Shown piece by piece: positions 60,525-64,000 of a stretch of DNA of 64,000 nucleotides (position 1 is its first letter; each line of letters starts with the position of its first letter). Position numbers and translations under genes: made by a program. The stretch is from positions 1,616-65,615 of the forward strand of contig CALAML010000045.1 in the NCBI GenBank assembly GCA_937925845.1, given 5' to 3'. The stretch comes from an uncultured Acidimicrobiales bacterium. GTDB lineage: Bacteria; Actinomycetota; Acidimicrobiia; Acidimicrobiales; CALAML01. A model generated the notes under the pieces. It saw only the letters and a program-made list of their open reading frames with translations, made no database searches and had not been told where the DNA came from.

Positions 60525-62590
60525 ATCGCGACCCGAGACCGGCGAGCTGCACCGGCCGATGTCGCCGCTTCGTGGCCGGAATGGTGATGGCGTTGGCGGT
60601 TCTGATGCTGGCCCAGTGCTCGTTCCTCGACGACAACAACAGCAACAACGGCGCCGGTTCGGTCGCCGACCCCGCTCAGCCCGAGACGGAGCGGGTCTTC
60701 GACGATTCGGTGGAGGCCACTTCGCCATCGGGCGACGTCACCATCGAGGCAGGTGTCGATCGTGATGGCCGGGCCACCTATCGCATTCTTCGAGGCGACA
60801 CTGAGGTCGTCGAGATGTCGACCCTGGGCCTCGAAACCTCTCTCGGGTCGATCGCCCGAAACCTCACCATCGACCAAAGGACCGAAGCGGAAACGGTAAC
60901 CGACTCGTTCGATCTGCCGACCGGCAAGGCCCGCCGCTCCGAAATAACTGCCACTACTCGTTCGGTCCGCTTCATCACCCCCGACGCCGAGGGCGTAGCC
61001 ATGTGGGTCGACCTCTGGGCCTCCGACCGAGGCGCCGCCTTCCGCTATCGCCTCGCCGATCTGGACGCCCCTGATCAGGCGGCCACGGTCACCCTCAACT
61101 GGGAACGCACCAGCTTCGCCCTACCGGAGGACAGCTCAGCCTGGCTGCAACCCCACGATCCCCCCACCATGTGGACGCCGTCCTACGAGTCCTTTTGGGG
61201 CCGGCGGGTCGCCGCCGATTCCCCCGGGAGCTCGGCGCAGGGTTGGACCTTCCCGGCGCTGTTCCGGACCGAAGAGGCTTGGCTGCTCGTGACCGAAAGT
61301 GCGCTGGCCGAGGGAGACCACGGCTCGCACTTCTCGCCAGTGGTTGAAGCGGGTGAGTATTTGCTCGACCAACCCGACCCAGATGAGGGCAACGGGGTCG
61401 GCGCCGATTTTCCCGAGGTGGACCTGCCCTGGACTTCCCCATGGCGGGTGGTGATCGTTGGCGACCACCTCGGCGAGATCGTGGCCTCGAACCTGGTGCG
61501 GCACCTTTCGCCCGGCACCAGCGACGACTTCGGATGGGTGGAGCCCGGCCGAGTGTCGTGGAGCTGGTGGTCGGATCACGAGAGCCCCCAGGACATCGAC
61601 AAGATGAAACCGTTTGTGGAGTTGGCCGCCGAGTTTGGCTGGGAGTACTCGCTGGTCGACGCCAACTGGACCGAGAACACCGACGAAGCGATGCTCGAAC
61701 TTCTCGACTTCGCGGCCGAGCGAAATGTGCAGCTGTTGCTGTGGCTGAACTCCGGTGGCCCCCACAACGCGGTGACCGAGGCCCCACGAGATCTGATGGC
61801 GGACCCGGAAACCAGGCGGCGAGAACTAGCCCGCATCGCCGAGCTGGGGTTTGCCGGGGTGAAAGTGGACTTCTTCCACTCCGACAAACCCGAAGTGATC
61901 CAGCTCTACCGCGACATCCTCACCGATACCGCCGACCTGGGCCTGCTGGCCAACTTCCATGGGGCGACGGTGCCCCGGGGCTGGTCGCGGGAGTTTCCCC
62001 ACCTGATGACGGTGGAGGCGGTGCGAGGCGCCGAGTTTTACACCTTCGATGGCAGCTACCAACGGGAGGCGGCCCGCAACAACACCGTGCTTGCCTTCAC
62101 CCGAAACGTGGTTGGTTCGATGGACTACACCCCGGTGATCGTTGGCGACACCGTGGCCCGGCGCACCACCGACGGTCATGAACTGGCGCTTGGTGTGGTG
62201 TTCGAGAGTGCGTTGCAACACCTGGCCGACACCCCCGATGCCTATCGCTCCCTGCCCGAGCCGGTGCAGGTTCTCCTGTCGGATCTGCCGACGGTGTGGG
62301 ACGAGGTGCGCCTCCTTGACGGGTTCCCCGGCTCTCACGTGGCGCTGGCCCGCCGCCACGGCGACGAGTGGTGGGTGGGCGTGATCAACGGCACCTCCGA
62401 GGAAATGACGGTGCGGCTCGACCTGTCACGTCTCGGTGCGACGGGTGGGGAAGTGACGTTGGTATGCGACGACGCGACTGTGGGAGTCGGCGGCGAGCCC
62501 GACCTCATCACCACCAGTCACCGAAGCGACGACACGGTGGCAGTCGACCTGCTGCCCAACGGAGGGTGCATCGGCGCCATCGCCAGTTGA
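60521..62590 (+). CDS. glycoside hydrolase family 97-like secreted enzyme
   Basis: GTG 60521 has GGAGG 4 nt upstream and overlaps the ATPase stop (GTGA). It has a signal peptide (…MALAVLMLAQCS). GH97-like blocks are …WSWWSD…, …FAGVKVDFFHSD…, …LLANFHGATVPRGWSREFPHLMTVEAVRGAEFY…. Confidence 0.8.
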   Translation: MNRDPRPASCTGRCRRFVAGMVMALAVLMLAQCSFLDDNNSNNGAGSVADPAQPETERVFDDSVEATSPSGDVTIEAGVDRDGRATYRILRGDTEVVEMSTLGLETSLGSIARNLTIDQRTEAETVTDSFDLPTGKARRSEITATTRSVRFITPDAEGVAMWVDLWASDRGAAFRYRLADLDAPDQAATVTLNWERTSFALPEDSSAWLQPHDPPTMWTPSYESFWGRRVAADSPGSSAQGWTFPALFRTEEAWLLVTESALAEGDHGSHFSPVVEAGEYLLDQPDPDEGNGVGADFPEVDLPWTSPWRVVIVGDHLGEIVASNLVRHLSPGTSDDFGWVEPGRVSWSWWSDHESPQDIDKMKPFVELAAEFGWEYSLVDANWTENTDEAMLELLDFAAERNVQLLLWLNSGGPHNAVTEAPRDLMADPETRRRELARIAELGFAGVKVDFFHSDKPEVIQLYRDILTDTADLGLLANFHGATVPRGWSREFPHLMTVEAVRGAEFYTFDGSYQREAARNNTVLAFTRNVVGSMDYTPVIVGDTVARRTTDGHELALGVVFESALQHLADTPDAYRSLPEPVQVLLSDLPTVWDEVRLLDGFPGSHVALARRHGDEWWVGVINGTSEEMTVRLDLSRLGATGGEVTLVCDDATVGVGGEPDLITTSHRSDDTVAVDLLPNGGCIGAIAS

Positions 62591-62717
62591 CGAATTACCG
62601 CCATGCCGTACAGCTGGCTTTCCAGTCTTCGGAGCGCACTGTCGTCCGCTCAAGCCAGCTCCATCTACTAGGAGCCTTCTAGAGCGCTGGCGCGACCTCA
62701 GCGGTTCGACGCTGACG

Positions 62718-63413
62718 TCAGGCGATTGAGGTGTTGTTCCATTCGTAGTCAAGTTGGATCGCGGTTCGCTCAGCCAGTTCGTGGCTGGCCATACGGGCCA
62801 CGAGGTGAAGCGCCATAGCGATTCCCGAGGACAGAGCGCCACCGGTCACGATCGAGCCGGAGTCGACCCAGCGCACACCGTTGGCCGCTCCCTCGGTGCC
62901 GATGCGCTCGCCCAAGAGTTCAACGTCTTCCCAGTGGGTGGTCCACTCCCTACCCTCGAGTGCGCCTACCGCGCCCAATAGAAATGCACCGGTGCACACG
63001 CTGGCCACGATGGCTTCACCGCTCGCGTGGGCTCGGCCTGCGACCCCGGCTTCGCTACTCGCGTCGGGTCCGCTGCTGGTGTTCGCTGAATCGGCGCTCT
63101 GTCTGATCACCTCGAGCAGTGCCGAATCGGCCAGGGCGGCGTCGAGGTTGACCGCTCCGGGAACGATGACGAGATCGGATCGATCCAGGATGCTCGGTGG
63201 CGCGGTGGGCACCAGACCCAGACCGCCATAGGCCGCGACCGGTTCTCCACTGATGCTCACCACGTCGACGTTGAACGGGGCGGGCCCGCCTTGGCGCTTG
63301 GCCAGGCGGTTGGCTGTGAGGAACACCTCGTAAGGGCCACCGGTGTCGAGCAGGTCACAGTCGTCAAAGATCAGGATCGAGACCTGGAGTGCGGTGGGGG
63401 ATGGCTGGTTCAT
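62718..63413 (-). CDS. DJ-1/PfpI (class I glutamine amidotransferase-like) family protein
   Basis: From ATG 63413: …VSILIFDDCDLLDTGGPYEVF… and the nucleophile elbow …ASVCTGAFLLG… A Ser/Ala-rich insertion precedes the elbow. Confidence 0.85.
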   Translation of the reverse strand: MNQPSPTALQVSILIFDDCDLLDTGGPYEVFLTANRLAKRQGGPAPFNVDVVSISGEPVAAYGGLGLVPTAPPSILDRSDLVIVPGAVNLDAALADSALLEVIRQSADSANTSSGPDASSEAGVAGRAHASGEAIVASVCTGAFLLGAVGALEGREWTTHWEDVELLGERIGTEGAANGVRWVDSGSIVTGGALSSGIAMALHLVARMASHELAERTAIQLDYEWNNTSIA

Positions 63414-63414
63414 G

Positions 63415-63852
63415 TCAGACCACCTTCTCGAGATGCCAGATCTTCGACACGATCCGCCAGCCATCCTCGGTGAGGACAAAACCGAGATGGTCGACAAAGA
63501 CGTTCTCGTGAGCCCGCAGGCGGATCTTCACCGTGGCGCTGATCGGCGACAGGAAGTCGATGCCGAGAATCTCATCCTCGCGCTCCTGGCCCTCGCTGGC
63601 CGGGGAGGTGCGACCGCCGACATCGTTGCTGAAGCTCTCGATCGACTCGACAAACAGGCTGCCGTCATCGGCATCAAAGAGGCTCGATGATGGATGGAAG
63701 ACGCGATTCAACATCTTGGTGTCGCAGTAGTAGAGCGAGTCGAAATACAGCTGCACCGCGTCAAGCAGCGCCGGCACCGCGCTGGTTGATACCGGGCTGG
63801 TTGATACCGGGCCGGTTGATTCCGGGTTGGTCGACTCGGGGTCTGTGGGCAT
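63415..63852 (-). CDS. NTF2-like (SnoaL/lumazine-binding-like) small protein with repetitive Pro/Ser/Thr N-terminal tail
   Basis: AAGGA lies ~8 nt before ATG 63852. The core …LDAVQLYFDSLYYCDTKMLNRVFHPSSSLF… and the C-terminal …DGWRIVSKIW… fit the NTF2-like fold. The stop is 1 nt before the DJ-1 start. Confidence 0.7.
   Translation of the reverse strand: MPTDPESTNPESTGPVSTSPVSTSAVPALLDAVQLYFDSLYYCDTKMLNRVFHPSSSLFDADDGSLFVESIESFSNDVGGRTSPASEGQEREDEILGIDFLSPISATVKIRLRAHENVFVDHLGFVLTEDGWRIVSKIWHLEKVV
63782..63841. repeat. 15-bp tandem repeat x4 at the 5' end of the NTF2-like CDS
   Basis: The units are CTGGTTGATACCGGG (twice, identical), CCGGTTGATTCCGGG and TTGGTCGACTCGGGG. They encode PESTN-PESTG-PVSTS-PVSTS on the - strand. 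Confidence 0.9.
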
Positions 63853-64000
63853 CGCTGGTTCCTTTTCTCGAATGGCCGCCTTGTTGGCCTATGTCAGATT
63901 CGCAGCTCGGCAATGCCCGAAGCCAGTGGCAGGAATGACAATGTTGCGAAATATACTGCCATATGGCATCTGAAGCTCTGGCGTCGGCACTACCGCCAAC

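Noticed and set aside
1-64000. Search by eye for tRNA, rRNA, tmRNA, RNase P, transposase, integrase, phage or known defence-system genes.
   Set aside because: I found no T-arm-like GGTTCGAnTCC in non-coding DNA and no non-coding stretch long enough for rRNA. No ORF has DDE, tyrosine/serine recombinase, or typical defence nuclease/ATPase motifs. The PLD-like and RNB proteins sit in housekeeping contexts.

Overview
This is a high-GC chromosomal segment: third codon positions are dominated by G/C, and most genes carry long antisense shadow ORFs. Gene content looks actinobacterial (mycoredoxin, Rpf-type transglycosylase, LCP ligase, four-domain S1 protein, BON-OmpA_C wall protein). That assignment is inference only, because no search could be run.

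I call about 50 protein-coding genes, tightly packed on both strands. Many are translationally coupled by ATGA/GTGA overlaps.

Gene content:
- Housekeeping: an S1 protein, a parC-parE-like type IIA topoisomerase pair, Fpg/MutM, and an RNB ribonuclease.
- Acyl-CoA metabolism: acetoacetyl-CoA synthetase, an acyl-CoA ligase, a crotonase, and a HIBADH-like dehydrogenase.
- A three-subunit molybdenum hydroxylase operon in M-S-L order.
- Envelope and secreted functions: class A PBP, LCP, an Rpf-like protein, a DUF937-BON-OmpA protein, a MacB/FtsX-type ABC exporter with an adaptor and two ATPases, GH5 and GH97 enzymes, a PI-PLC-like hydrolase, and several lipoproteins.
- One OmpR/histidine-kinase pair on a visibly less GC-rich stretch.

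I recognised no rRNA, tRNA, CRISPR array, transposase, integrase or phage gene.

Non-coding structure seen directly:
- A dispersed intergenic repeat family with three copies.
- Several perfect long hairpins between convergent genes.
- A 113-nt nested-stem element.
- Short tandem or direct repeats in four promoter or leader regions.
- Four in-frame coding microsatellites.

Nothing here is a clear-cut new system. The most promising leads are:
- An envelope cluster at about 41.7-49.1 kb. It contains an HTH-TM-HExxH one-component-like protein, a small ORF behind a 21-nt-phased direct repeat, a membrane protein coupled to PBP1A, and a catalytically dead trypsin-like protein.
- The repeat and structured-RNA candidates.
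- The MacB-type exporter coupled to a GH97 gene.
- An S1 protein flanked by repeat-bearing disordered extensions.

All functional calls come from reading motifs by eye. Start codons are often uncertain.
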